This document shows, piece after piece, positions 1-8,737 of a DNA stretch of 64,000 nucleotides (position 1 is the stretch's first letter; each line of letters opens with the position of its first letter). A program made the translations under genes and the position numbers. The notes beneath the pieces were generated by a model. The model made no database searches, was not told where the DNA came from, and was given only the letters and a program-made list of their open reading frames with translations. The stretch is from an uncultured virus (IMG/VR IMGVR_UViG_3300008107_006367). Its lineage: Duplodnaviria > Heunggongvirae > Uroviricota > Caudoviricetes. The stretch lies in IMG/VR virus record IMGVR_UViG_3300008107_006367; one strand, written 5' to 3'.

Positions 1-234
1 TATGACCCACAAGAGCACACTATCTTTATATACTATAAGAATATAGACAACGTTAAAGAGTTATTACAAACAATCATACACGAATGGACTCATTCCCTAC
101 AACCCCTTACATCTAAATGGAAGGAGTACAATGAGACCGCATATAGCAGAAACCCCTTCGAAAGAGCAGCATATTCATCGGAGAAGCTATATAGTGATAT
201 GTGGAGGGATATTAAACCAAAATTAAATAAATAA
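1..234 (+). CDS. 5'-truncated HExxH zinc-metallopeptidase-like protein
   Basis: Manual frame-1 translation ...LLQTIIHEWTHSLQ...SRNPFERAAY...KPKLNK*; HExxH plus downstream Glu; not in ORF track. Confidence 0.6.
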   Translation, partial: YDPQEHTIFIYYKNIDNVKELLQTIIHEWTHSLQPLTSKWKEYNETAYSRNPFERAAYSSEKLYSDMWRDIKPKLNK

Positions 235-238
235 GATT

Positions 239-469
239 ATGCAAGAAGCAATTACAGTATTAGAGAAAGCGGAGGCGGTATTAATGAAACGTATCCGTGC
301 TATGAAAGATGGCTCCCCTAAGTGGGCAGCATCAGCTAGGTTAAATGAAATCCGTTCTGCGCTTAAGATGATTAAGATGTATGAGAAGGGAGCGGCTGAG
401 TTCGCAGCAGAGCAAGATGATTTGCTCAAAGAAGCGTTGATGATGAATCCCCCTATTGCACAGGCATAA
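239..469 (+). CDS. hypothetical helical protein (76 aa)
   Basis: ORF directly after upstream stop; no motif. Confidence 0.6.
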   Translation: MQEAITVLEKAEAVLMKRIRAMKDGSPKWAASARLNEIRSALKMIKMYEKGAAEFAAEQDDLLKEALMMNPPIAQA

Positions 470-507
470 TTCGGACACCCTTAATAAAAATAAAATCAGC
501 AAAGCAT

Positions 508-753
508 ATGAATACACATATAGTAGTAGATACATATACAGACGTAGATAAGATACAACAACTATATAAGCAGAGAGAGGATACAATGGCAGACCCACAA
601 TTCCAACGCTGGTATAAGCAATACCATATAGGTAGACTACATACCAATAGAGAGTTAGTACACAATGCTAACAACCTAATGAAGCAGTGGAGTGGAGCGG
701 ATACCAACAACAACATCCTAACTCGCTTCCTCCGCCGATTGCATGCCATGTAA
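508..753 (+). CDS. hypothetical protein (start may be the later ATG, MADPQFQRW...)
   Basis: ORF followed by terminator. Confidence 0.5.
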   Translation: MNTHIVVDTYTDVDKIQQLYKQREDTMADPQFQRWYKQYHIGRLHTNRELVHNANNLMKQWSGADTNNNILTRFLRRLHAM

Positions 754-780
754 GTATAGAGACCCTCACTCACCCCAACT

Positions 781-814
781 AAGCCCGTAGCCCAAAAGCT
801 ATGGGCTTTTTTTA
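781..814 (+). terminator. Rho-independent terminator
   Basis: AAGCCCGTAGC-ccaaaa-GCTATGGGCTT hairpin (one G-U) followed by T run. Confidence 0.8.
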
Positions 815-879
815 TGCTCATTCGCATTTACATTTGTAAATTTACATTTGTATATTCGTATATCCACATATACACATAG

Positions 880-1020
880 ACCCCCCCCCATCTGAATATC
901 ACGTAAAGCGAGAGCATACCCCTTTGCTCACGCCGGGTCGGGTACGCTTAAATACCGAGCCCGGTTTTTTCGCTATGGAAACCCTTTTTGACATGGGGTG
1001 TGATACACCATTAGCGATAC
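880..1020. other. GC-rich structured non-coding element (three adjacent hairpins)
   Basis: C9 tract, then GCG(A)GAGCA/TGCTC(A)CGC, CCGGGTCGGGTA/TACCGAGCCCGG+T6, and TCGCTATGG/CCATTAGCGA. Confidence 0.55.
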
Positions 1021-1060
1021 TGAACCATTCTTAGCCGTTTTCCTTTTATTGAGGATGGGT

Positions 1061-1068
1061 ATATTTAT
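1061..1068 (+). promoter_or_regulatory. putative phage late promoter ATATTTAT
   Basis: Same 8-mer recurs 7-22 nt upstream of starts of structural genes. Confidence 0.5.
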
Positions 1069-1084
1069 ATACAAAGGAAATGGT

Positions 1085-1357
1085 ATGTTAAGGGATACGG
1101 ATTATATGAAGATAGCAGAGGAATATAGTACTTCAATAGGAGTAGCTACGATGATTAACTTTATGGATAGAGTGGATGTGATTAAGAAGAATAGATTATA
1201 CCACGACGATTCAGTTATTAATGAGATAGTAGCAAATTCAATTGATGAGGGTATCTATAAGAAGGTTATTAGAAAGGTTTATGAATTACAAAGGAAACGT
1301 AAAGGGAATATAAAGGATTCTACTATATACAAAAGGGCTTATCAATTATGCAAATAG
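1085..1357 (+). CDS. hypothetical protein
   Basis: ORF 1049..1357; ATG 1085 preferred because it follows ATATTTAT. Confidence 0.6.
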   Translation: MLRDTDYMKIAEEYSTSIGVATMINFMDRVDVIKKNRLYHDDSVINEIVANSIDEGIYKKVIRKVYELQRKRKGNIKDSTIYKRAYQLCK

Positions 1358-2511
1358 AAGTAACACAAAACCCAAATAGATACTCTTATAAGAACGGAGT
1401 ATGGAAAATATCTGCTAAATCGGGTCTTAAACCCGTTGAGATAACCGAAGGGAGTAGAAACGTAGAACTATCCCCTCTTCTATCAGTATCGGGTGTTATT
1501 GTACATATAAAGGGAACGGATTACTATTTAGGTTCAAAGGAATTAGTTCAGAACTTATCGGACTCATTTCAAACAAATCCTCACTTCTCATATAAAGAAC
1601 ATTCAAAGGTATTAGGAGCAAAGATGGGAAAGACTATCCCTATATTGGAGGTTAAGGTAGATACTCTATCGGATATAATAACTAAACAAAAAGAAAAGGG
1701 TAAATTTGCGGGGGTTAAAGAAGTCCGTTGGTCTTTAGAGGATTCTTATAAGGGATTAATAGAGCAGATAAATTGGACACTCTCCCCTACATCCTCTAAA
1801 CCTAAAGATAAGTACATAGTATATGATTTAAATTTGACTGGCGATTATTCAGTCACTTCCATCCCTATTACTCCCTTAGATGAAACTAAAAGGATACCTG
1901 AAGATGTACTGGCTAATAACCTAAAGATACTCAATGATAGAATTGCCGAATTGAGAGGAGATTTCAATATTATAAAGGATATATTCTACTTTGGTAAATC
2001 CGTACCTTCTTCTACTACTACATTCGAAATATTGGCTTCCGCAGAGGGTGAGGAGTTCGAAGTACAAGTGATTACTAAGGAATCCGTTGTGGCATCTAAA
2101 ACGGCTACACCTGCGGTACAACAAGCCGAAGAACAAAAGAAAGCCGTAGAAGCCGTTAAAGCGGAATTAGAAGCACTTAAAAACGAAGCTGCGGCTGCCA
2201 ATGGTGAATCTGCTTCTACCAATAAACCAACTATTGAAAAGTGGAAAGTAAAACCCGTAGGTATTAGAACGCTTTTCGCCGTAGGTGGTATAAACATATT
2301 CCCACCAAAGCCTGATTTTCCTTTAAATGAAAAGGGTTATCCAAAAGAAAAGTCAATAGGTAAGATAAAACTTAATGGAACTTTCTCCGGCTACCTATTT
2401 AAAACCTTACCAAATGGTAATACCTTATGGGCGGTACAAGATTCACCGGATGGTTCTCCAAGCGGATATGTTTACCAAGCCCCTAAAGTACATAAAATAG
2501 TAAAAGCGTAA
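1348..2511 (+). CDS. hypothetical protein with Ala/Glu/Lys-rich coiled-coil linker (387 aa)
   Basis: Long ORF overlapping upstream gene; no recognised motif. Confidence 0.75.
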   Translation: MQIEVTQNPNRYSYKNGVWKISAKSGLKPVEITEGSRNVELSPLLSVSGVIVHIKGTDYYLGSKELVQNLSDSFQTNPHFSYKEHSKVLGAKMGKTIPILEVKVDTLSDIITKQKEKGKFAGVKEVRWSLEDSYKGLIEQINWTLSPTSSKPKDKYIVYDLNLTGDYSVTSIPITPLDETKRIPEDVLANNLKILNDRIAELRGDFNIIKDIFYFGKSVPSSTTTFEILASAEGEEFEVQVITKESVVASKTATPAVQQAEEQKKAVEAVKAELEALKNEAAAANGESASTNKPTIEKWKVKPVGIRTLFAVGGINIFPPKPDFPLNEKGYPKEKSIGKIKLNGTFSGYLFKTLPNGNTLWAVQDSPDGSPSGYVYQAPKVHKIVKA

Positions 2512-2517
2512 TAGGGT

Positions 2518-2673
2518 ATGATTAAAAGATTCGGAGATATCGCTACTATTCTGACATTACTACCATTATTGATTTTATTGAGTATATTGGTGGGTTTATA
2601 TTATATGGTACGTTTTCCCATGTGGTGGATAGAAAGAGTCTGGAGGACGAGAAAAAGAGGGTATAAAAGGTAA
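2518..2673 (+). CDS. small single-TM protein with basic C-tail (51 aa)
   Basis: Manual translation MIKRFGDIATILTLLPLLILLSILVGLYYMVRFPMWWIERVWRTRKRGYKR. Confidence 0.5.
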   Translation: MIKRFGDIATILTLLPLLILLSILVGLYYMVRFPMWWIERVWRTRKRGYKR

Positions 2674-2746
2674 CTATCAATAGAGATACCAAAAAATTTC
2701 TTTTTAAAAAACGACTCGTTTCCCCCAACCCCCACCCCAAAATAAA

Positions 2747-2778
2747 TTTGTAAATATCAATAATTATTAGTATATTGT
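2747..2778 (+). promoter_or_regulatory. Bacteroidota-type sigma70 promoter variant (TTTG-N20-TATATTGT)
   Basis: Same 20-nt spacing as perfect copies; ATG follows after 5 nt. Confidence 0.55.
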
Positions 2779-2783
2779 AGGTT

Positions 2784-3086
2784 ATGAATATTACAGTCTT
2801 AGATAAATTAGAAAAGGGATGGATATCTTTGGAGTGGAAAACATATCTTCCTAAAACTAAATTGTCTAAACAAAACCTTTCAGAATTGGTTGATAAGTTA
2901 GATAACTGGAAATCAAATCGTAGGTGTAGGGAAATAATACTGATTAAGTATAAATCTCTACCGGCATATATAACCTTAAAGAGAGAGGACTTTAAATCTA
3001 TGGGTAAATGGCTGATGGGCAGGTTAACCAAATTAGAAATGTATGAAGATTGTCATAGGTTACATAATTTTTTTGAGAAACTATGA
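2784..3086 (+). CDS. hypothetical protein
   Basis: ORF; C-terminal EMYEDC resembles a UVR-like helix motif. Confidence 0.6.
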   Translation: MNITVLDKLEKGWISLEWKTYLPKTKLSKQNLSELVDKLDNWKSNRRCREIILIKYKSLPAYITLKREDFKSMGKWLMGRLTKLEMYEDCHRLHNFFEKL

Positions 3087-3319
3087 ATAAGCTACAAGAA
3101 ATATTGGTTAGTTGGTGGAGAGCTGAAAATCCTACAAAGGAGCAATCCAAATTGGCTGAGGCTAGGTTTGCCATATGTATGCGATGCGATAGCAAAAAAG
3201 ATTCAGTTGTATTCAATTATATATGTGGCGAATGTGGATGTCCTTTAGGTAAAAAAATATTCACACCTAAGATGGGGAGTTGTGATTTGCATAAATGGGA
3301 TAAAATAGAATCTATATGA
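3083..3319 (+). CDS. small Cys-rich putative Zn-binding protein
   Basis: CxxC...CxxCGC...C-D-L-H-K-W pattern; ATGA overlap coupling. Confidence 0.7.
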   Translation: MNKLQEILVSWWRAENPTKEQSKLAEARFAICMRCDSKKDSVVFNYICGECGCPLGKKIFTPKMGSCDLHKWDKIESI

Positions 3320-3921
3320 TTGATGATATTATTATAATTGATAATTGTTTAGATACCACATCTCTTAAAGTTTTACAAAATTATTTTGTGAAAGAACAAA
3401 ACAAATTAAATTGGTGTTACTTTGAAGGAATAGTAAAAAATGAAAATGGAATAACCAAAAATTTTACAAATCCAAGCCTTATTGATACAAAAATTGGAGA
3501 TGGGTTTGTTATATCAATTCCAGATGAATATATTACAATTGATAAAAATATATTATCTATAATTTATAGTATAAAGTCAAATGTTGAATCCATTCTTAAT
3601 AAAGAATTTACATATGAATTAAGAACAAAGGTAAATTTAAACAAACCTCAAATATTTTCAGAACAACATATCGAAAAGGCGGTTCATATAGATAGGGAAA
3701 CTCCTCACACTTCTTATATATTTTATATTAATACAAATAATGGTTATACACTTTTATATGATGATGATAAAAATGTAATTAAAAAAATAGATTGTATAGA
3801 AAATAGAGTTTTAATATTTGATGGACTAATCCCACACGCTGGAATACCTTCTACTAATGATGATAAATGTGTTATTAATTGTAATATATTAGAAAAAACA
3901 AATAATAGTAAATTAATTTAA
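3316..3921 (+). CDS. 2OG-Fe(II) oxygenase superfamily protein
   Basis: HID (HxD), YIFYINTNNGYT, NRVLIFDG..PH. Confidence 0.8.
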   Translation: MIDDIIIIDNCLDTTSLKVLQNYFVKEQNKLNWCYFEGIVKNENGITKNFTNPSLIDTKIGDGFVISIPDEYITIDKNILSIIYSIKSNVESILNKEFTYELRTKVNLNKPQIFSEQHIEKAVHIDRETPHTSYIFYINTNNGYTLLYDDDKNVIKKIDCIENRVLIFDGLIPHAGIPSTNDDKCVINCNILEKTNNSKLI

Positions 3922-3933
3922 GTTTAGGTATTA

Positions 3934-4554
3934 ATGAAAATTTGTATTATATCAACGGGTAGAGCAGGTTCTACATCTTTATATGAATTATTAAGAGCAC
4001 ACTTACCATCTAATTATTATTTTGGTTTAGAACCATTTAACACTATGAGTAGACCTATCGGATATGATATCAATCAAAAACCTATTATTGAATCCAAAAA
4101 GCATGTTTTAATTAAAACATTAGTAGACCAAACTCAATCAGATATCAATATCAATGATATGCATGTTTGGCTATTTGAACATTTCGATGAAATAATATTA
4201 TTAGATAGATTGGATAAACAATTACAAATTGAAAGTTTTTCATATCAAACTTATACTAATAGTTTTAGGTGGCATGATAAAAGACGTTATAGAATGGAGT
4301 TAGTTCCTAATGAAATAATTCAATTGAATACTAAAAGGGTGGAGTATTCAACCAATAAAATAAATGAGTTATCCAAAAAGTATAATAAAAAAATTTATTA
4401 CTACGAAGATATTTTTTTAGATAATAACCACAAAATATTAGATGAGATTTTTAGTTCTATAAATAGAATACCAAACGAAAAACTTTTGAATTTATGGGTA
4501 ATATCCAATGAAAAAAGAGTTAGATTAAAAGATGAAGAATTAAAAATACTTTAA
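3934..4554 (+). CDS. sulfotransferase-like protein
   Basis: N-terminal GRAGSTSL (5'-PSB loop), EPF, LDR, YYEDIF. Confidence 0.7.
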   Translation: MKICIISTGRAGSTSLYELLRAHLPSNYYFGLEPFNTMSRPIGYDINQKPIIESKKHVLIKTLVDQTQSDININDMHVWLFEHFDEIILLDRLDKQLQIESFSYQTYTNSFRWHDKRRYRMELVPNEIIQLNTKRVEYSTNKINELSKKYNKKIYYYEDIFLDNNHKILDEIFSSINRIPNEKLLNLWVISNEKRVRLKDEELKIL

Positions 4555-4555
4555 T

Positions 4556-5014
4556 ATGCTAAGTAATCTAATTAAAAAATCGTATAGTGATATATTTGAT
4601 AAGTTATATACTATTACAAATGGAAGAGTTATATTAGGCGGTTCTTTATCTTTAAGGTTTCAAAATATAATTCAAAGAGATGTACACGATTTGGATGTAA
4701 ATATTTTAATAGAAGATTGGGAGTTATACAAATCCGAAATAAGTAAACATTTTAGAGTATATCCCAATTTTAAAATAGTATATGATGTACTAAAGTACGA
4801 TGTATATACCTGTTTTGATATAGAAACTAAATTAAACGAATTTCATTTATTTGTAAATCATTCCAATAATATATTTAACGTAATAAACGATATAAGAGTT
4901 TTAAAACCAAATTATCATCTGATTGATAAACAAATGATATATAATAGTGGACAAGATATTGAAAAGCATTTATCTGATATCCTTATGATTAAAACTCGCA
5001 TCAATGAGAAATAA
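4556..5014 (+). CDS. Pol-beta-type nucleotidyltransferase-like protein
   Basis: GGSLSL...RDVHDLDV motif; C-terminal KHLSD. Confidence 0.65.
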   Translation: MLSNLIKKSYSDIFDKLYTITNGRVILGGSLSLRFQNIIQRDVHDLDVNILIEDWELYKSEISKHFRVYPNFKIVYDVLKYDVYTCFDIETKLNEFHLFVNHSNNIFNVINDIRVLKPNYHLIDKQMIYNSGQDIEKHLSDILMIKTRINEK

Positions 5015-5576
5015 AAAAGCTATATTTGTATGCGGAAGTGGTGGAAGTGGTAAATCTACATTTGTTAAAAACAACCTTTCAGGATTTGTACATATAGATG
5101 TTGATATAATCTATGAAGAGTTATTAATTCAGAGTGGATTGGGATTAAAAATAAAGAACTTCACAAATTCAGAATTCGAAGCTTCTATAAAATTATTCGA
5201 ACAATCTAAACTATTAAATGATGAAAAGTTTAAGAATGCGGTAAATGATGGAAAAGATATTGTTATAGATGGTATCGGACGTGATGTAGATATTATTATG
5301 CTACAAAGACGTATCTTAGAAAAAGCAGGATATTTTACTTCTATGATTATGCTATACAGCGACTTAGAAACCTGTATAAATAGAGTCGAAGGTAGAGATA
5401 GGGTATATCCAACTGAAATAACAATAGATAGTTGGTATTTAGCCTATTCTAATTTAGCAGAATATAGAAAACAATTTGGTAATCGCTTTTTATTGATTTA
5501 CAACGATACTTATGATTGGAAAATCAAATTAGAAATATTTATAAACAAAGATAAAGAAATAAAAAAAATAATTTAA
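5004..5576 (+). CDS. P-loop kinase (zeta-toxin/AAA_33-like)
   Basis: GSGGSGKST Walker A, IDVD, IVIDG, RVEGR lid. Confidence 0.75.
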   Translation: MRNKKAIFVCGSGGSGKSTFVKNNLSGFVHIDVDIIYEELLIQSGLGLKIKNFTNSEFEASIKLFEQSKLLNDEKFKNAVNDGKDIVIDGIGRDVDIIMLQRRILEKAGYFTSMIMLYSDLETCINRVEGRDRVYPTEITIDSWYLAYSNLAEYRKQFGNRFLLIYNDTYDWKIKLEIFINKDKEIKKII

Positions 5577-5585
5577 ATACAAAAT

Positions 5586-7439
5586 ATGAGAAGTGTATTG
5601 ATAGGCGCCGATATCCTAAAATTAGAAAATGGATACAAATTATTAGAAATAAATACAGATGCAGATTTATATCTGCCGGATGTACCATATATGGATTTAG
5701 ACCCATTATTTACATATTTGGTAAATAATTCGTACACTAAATTTGTAATGATATATAAAAAGAAGCACGTTGTTGATGCGGTATTAAATTTGTTTGAAGC
5801 CAAATGTAATGAATTTTCAATAGAATTTTCAACTATTTGGGTAAATAATAATAGTGTGGTTGCACCATCTATAACAGATGAACCTAATACATTTTATTTA
5901 AGGTGTTCATATGATGCAACAGCTATTATAGATGATACATATTGTAGAGATAAATCGGCTGTTGCAAAATTGTTGTTTGATTCGAATAATGAAAATATAC
6001 TACCAAAGACATATGTTAAATATACAGACGATGATTCAATTTTAGATAATCTAACTAATTTAGTTGATAATGGATTATCACCAAATGTAATAGTAAAGAA
6101 GTCTTTGCCAGATTTTGATAGAATTGACTATCCAGCTTTTTATAATATTACATCATCAACGCAATTGGATACTTTAAAATCCGAATTAGCGGATGATTAT
6201 ATGATACAAGAATTTGAAATAAATACAAATTTAAATGCTGCTGGTAAAATTAGTAATATAATACGATTAAATGTTATTTTATTATCAGATGTTGAAACTA
6301 TGATACCAATTGGTATTAGTATCACCAACAATCAATTACCATTAGATACATCTATTATAACCTATACAAACAATAGACTTGATAATAAATGGAGAGCTAT
6401 GTACTTCTCTAACCCAAATTATTTATCATTTGGTGTACCCGGCAGCTATGAAGTTGTTAAAATAGTCAATGGTATTGAAGAAGTGGTTAACATAGAAACG
6501 CTATCAATGGGAGATACTATAAAATCGGTTCGATTCCCTAATTTAAGTTTGACAGCTTCAGCGGAAGAAACATTGGATTGGTATATATCATCATCTGAAT
6601 TGAATACTATCACATACGAAACATCTTCGGTAAATTTTATTACTAACAAAGCTTATGAGGGTTGGTTAGTTAATATAGTATATGGTAATGATACAATTAG
6701 TGGTTCTAGTATATTATCTAATAGTGAATTATTAGTAATAAGTAGTTCGGTTGATAATAATATACGATTCGTAAGTGCGGCTGATGTTAACTTAAATGAT
6801 TATATAGTAACTACAAATCAAATTGCTCTACCAATAATATCTAAAGAAAATGTATGGTATTCCGGTAGTATTACTATTTTAGACATAGAGCCTGATGATG
6901 TATTTGTTGCCGGTACAACGCATAATGATATTACCAAAAATAATGTTGGTAATATATTATTACACAATAAATGTCACACATACCCTTATTGTTGTTTTTC
7001 GGAAGATACACTAATATCAATGGATGGAATTGAGAAAGAGATAAAAGATGTAGTAGTGGGTGATTTAGTTTGGTCTTTCAATTTCAATACAAACCAAAAA
7101 GAATTAAATAAAGTATTAGAAATAGTTTCTCCAATACAAAATGATATTATAGAAATTAAATTCAAAAATGGTACATCCATTTTAAACACATTTGACCATC
7201 CATATTATAATATAGATGGTACATTAATATCATATAGTCCAGAAAAAACAAAAGAATGGTATAATGGTGAAATCCTTAAAATGGATATTAGTAGTGTATG
7301 TATTGATATTAATGGTAACAAAGTTGAAATTGAATCTATAACAGAAATAGTATCACCTATTCAAACATATAACTTATTTGTAGAAAATAATCATAATTTT
7401 TATGCTAATGGTATTTTAGTATATGATGAACAAAAATAA
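5586..7439 (+). CDS. circularly permuted ATP-grasp ligase fused to two tandem Hint domains
   Basis: N-terminal GAD...LLEINT, then DK, LPKTY, VIVKK, IQEF; Hint-1 ~6432-6968 ending ILLHN; Hint-2 6993-7439 CFSEDTLI...VGDLVWS...TFDHP...YNLFVENNHNFYANGILVYD. Confidence 0.75.
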   Translation: MRSVLIGADILKLENGYKLLEINTDADLYLPDVPYMDLDPLFTYLVNNSYTKFVMIYKKKHVVDAVLNLFEAKCNEFSIEFSTIWVNNNSVVAPSITDEPNTFYLRCSYDATAIIDDTYCRDKSAVAKLLFDSNNENILPKTYVKYTDDDSILDNLTNLVDNGLSPNVIVKKSLPDFDRIDYPAFYNITSSTQLDTLKSELADDYMIQEFEINTNLNAAGKISNIIRLNVILLSDVETMIPIGISITNNQLPLDTSIITYTNNRLDNKWRAMYFSNPNYLSFGVPGSYEVVKIVNGIEEVVNIETLSMGDTIKSVRFPNLSLTASAEETLDWYISSSELNTITYETSSVNFITNKAYEGWLVNIVYGNDTISGSSILSNSELLVISSSVDNNIRFVSAADVNLNDYIVTTNQIALPIISKENVWYSGSITILDIEPDDVFVAGTTHNDITKNNVGNILLHNKCHTYPYCCFSEDTLISMDGIEKEIKDVVVGDLVWSFNFNTNQKELNKVLEIVSPIQNDIIEIKFKNGTSILNTFDHPYYNIDGTLISYSPEKTKEWYNGEILKMDISSVCIDINGNKVEIESITEIVSPIQTYNLFVENNHNFYANGILVYDEQK

Positions 7440-7450
7440 ATTTAAATAAA

Positions 7451-7546
7451 ATGAGCACAAAAACATCAGCTACTCCTTCCGATAAAGCGGCTTCTTTATC
7501 ATTATTACAAATCTTATTCGCAGCCATTAAGGCAAAGCATTCTTAA
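7451..7546 (+). CDS. small peptide (31 aa)
   Basis: MSTKTSATPSDKAASLSLLQILFAAIKAKHS; fills the gap, A-rich leader, more GC-rich than neighbours. Confidence 0.55.
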   Translation: MSTKTSATPSDKAASLSLLQILFAAIKAKHS

Positions 7547-7556
7547 TTATATTTGA

Positions 7557-8234
7557 ATGAATAAGTTATGGGTATTTGGCGATTCCTTCTCTGCAACAAA
7601 TAAATTAAATAATTTAGAAAGTTGGAGATTAAAGTATAAAAATTGGAAAGGATATACCCCACTTGTTTGGGGAGATTTTTTAAGTTTAAAAATCCAACAT
7701 AGGTTAATTAATTGTGCAATAGGTGGTATCGATAATTATACTATATTTGAAACAATATTGGATGTTATAGATAGTATAAAAGAAAATGATATTGTAATTA
7801 TTGGTTGGTCATCTACCCTTAGATTTCGATTAGTTGGTAAAAACAATTCTTTTGTAACAATTAGACCAAATAATTTCAATTTGGATACCGTATCGTTCTC
7901 CCAAAGTACACTAACAAATACAGAAGAATTTGAAAATATATCATTAAAAACTATAACCGAATTACTGATTAATAGGGATAATGCGTTATTTCAATATGAA
8001 GTAAATAGATTTATCAAAATAATAAATCTTTATTTAAATAATAAATGTAAGGTAATTCATTGGTCTCCATTTCAATTTATTAATAATAATATGAATATTA
8101 TTAAAATTGAATGTATAAAAGATTTAGAAAAGATATCAGATGAAACTAATGGATATATAAACGATGGACATTATAGTGAGAACGGCCACAAAATATTATC
8201 TGAATATTTTTATGATTTAATATCTAAAAAATAA
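7557..8234 (+). CDS. SGNH/GDSL hydrolase-like protein
   Basis: VFGDSF block I, GGIDN, DGHYSENGH (DxH). Confidence 0.75.
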   Translation: MNKLWVFGDSFSATNKLNNLESWRLKYKNWKGYTPLVWGDFLSLKIQHRLINCAIGGIDNYTIFETILDVIDSIKENDIVIIGWSSTLRFRLVGKNNSFVTIRPNNFNLDTVSFSQSTLTNTEEFENISLKTITELLINRDNALFQYEVNRFIKIINLYLNNKCKVIHWSPFQFINNNMNIIKIECIKDLEKISDETNGYINDGHYSENGHKILSEYFYDLISKK

Positions 8235-8237
8235 TTT

Positions 8238-8737
8238 ATGAATAAGTTATGGGTATTTGGTGATAACAATTCAGCTATCTTTGGTAAAACTAAAGAAAGA
8301 AGATTTAAGTATTACAAAGAATATAGGGGTGGTACTTTCCCAAAAAGCTGGTCACGAATGGATTTGTTACAATAAGGCCCAATCAATTTAAACCGGAACA
8401 CATTGATAATCCTGTTTTATTAAATGGTATAAATATAGATGTTGTTAATTCAATTCTGTATAATAGAACTAACACTCAATGGATTAATGAAGTTTATAAT
8501 TGGGAGGTAATTATAAATTTATTATCTAAATTAATTGGATTTAAATTAATCTATTGGACATTTGATAAAAAATTAAACAAACCCCATTATTTATCAACAA
8601 ATAATTTTAGGGAAGATTTGATAAGGCTGGGCGCAGAAGATATAACTACAGAGACAGGGGGTAAATTAATCGATAGTCATTTTGGTGAAAAAGGACAATT
8701 TATTCAATCAGATTATTTTTATAAATTTTTAATATGA
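8238..8737 (+). pseudogene. SGNH paralogue broken by internal deletion/frameshift near 8354
   Basis: MNKLWVFGDNN...KSWS in one frame; FVTIRPN...ETGGKLIDSHFGEKGQ...KFLI* in another; middle segment of the 7557 paralogue is missing. Confidence 0.7.

Noticed and set aside
880..1020. tRNA
   Set aside because: No cloverleaf with T-loop GTTCRA or CCA end recognisable.
4556..5576. Toxin-antitoxin pair (nucleotidyltransferase + zeta-like kinase)
   Set aside because: No epsilon/HEPN-like partner or own promoter; embedded in a modifying-enzyme operon.
6432..7439. Canonical splicing intein(s) in the ATP-grasp gene
   Set aside because: Neither Hint has both termini intact, the residue after HN is Lys, and Hint-2 has essentially no C-extein; no homing endonuclease.
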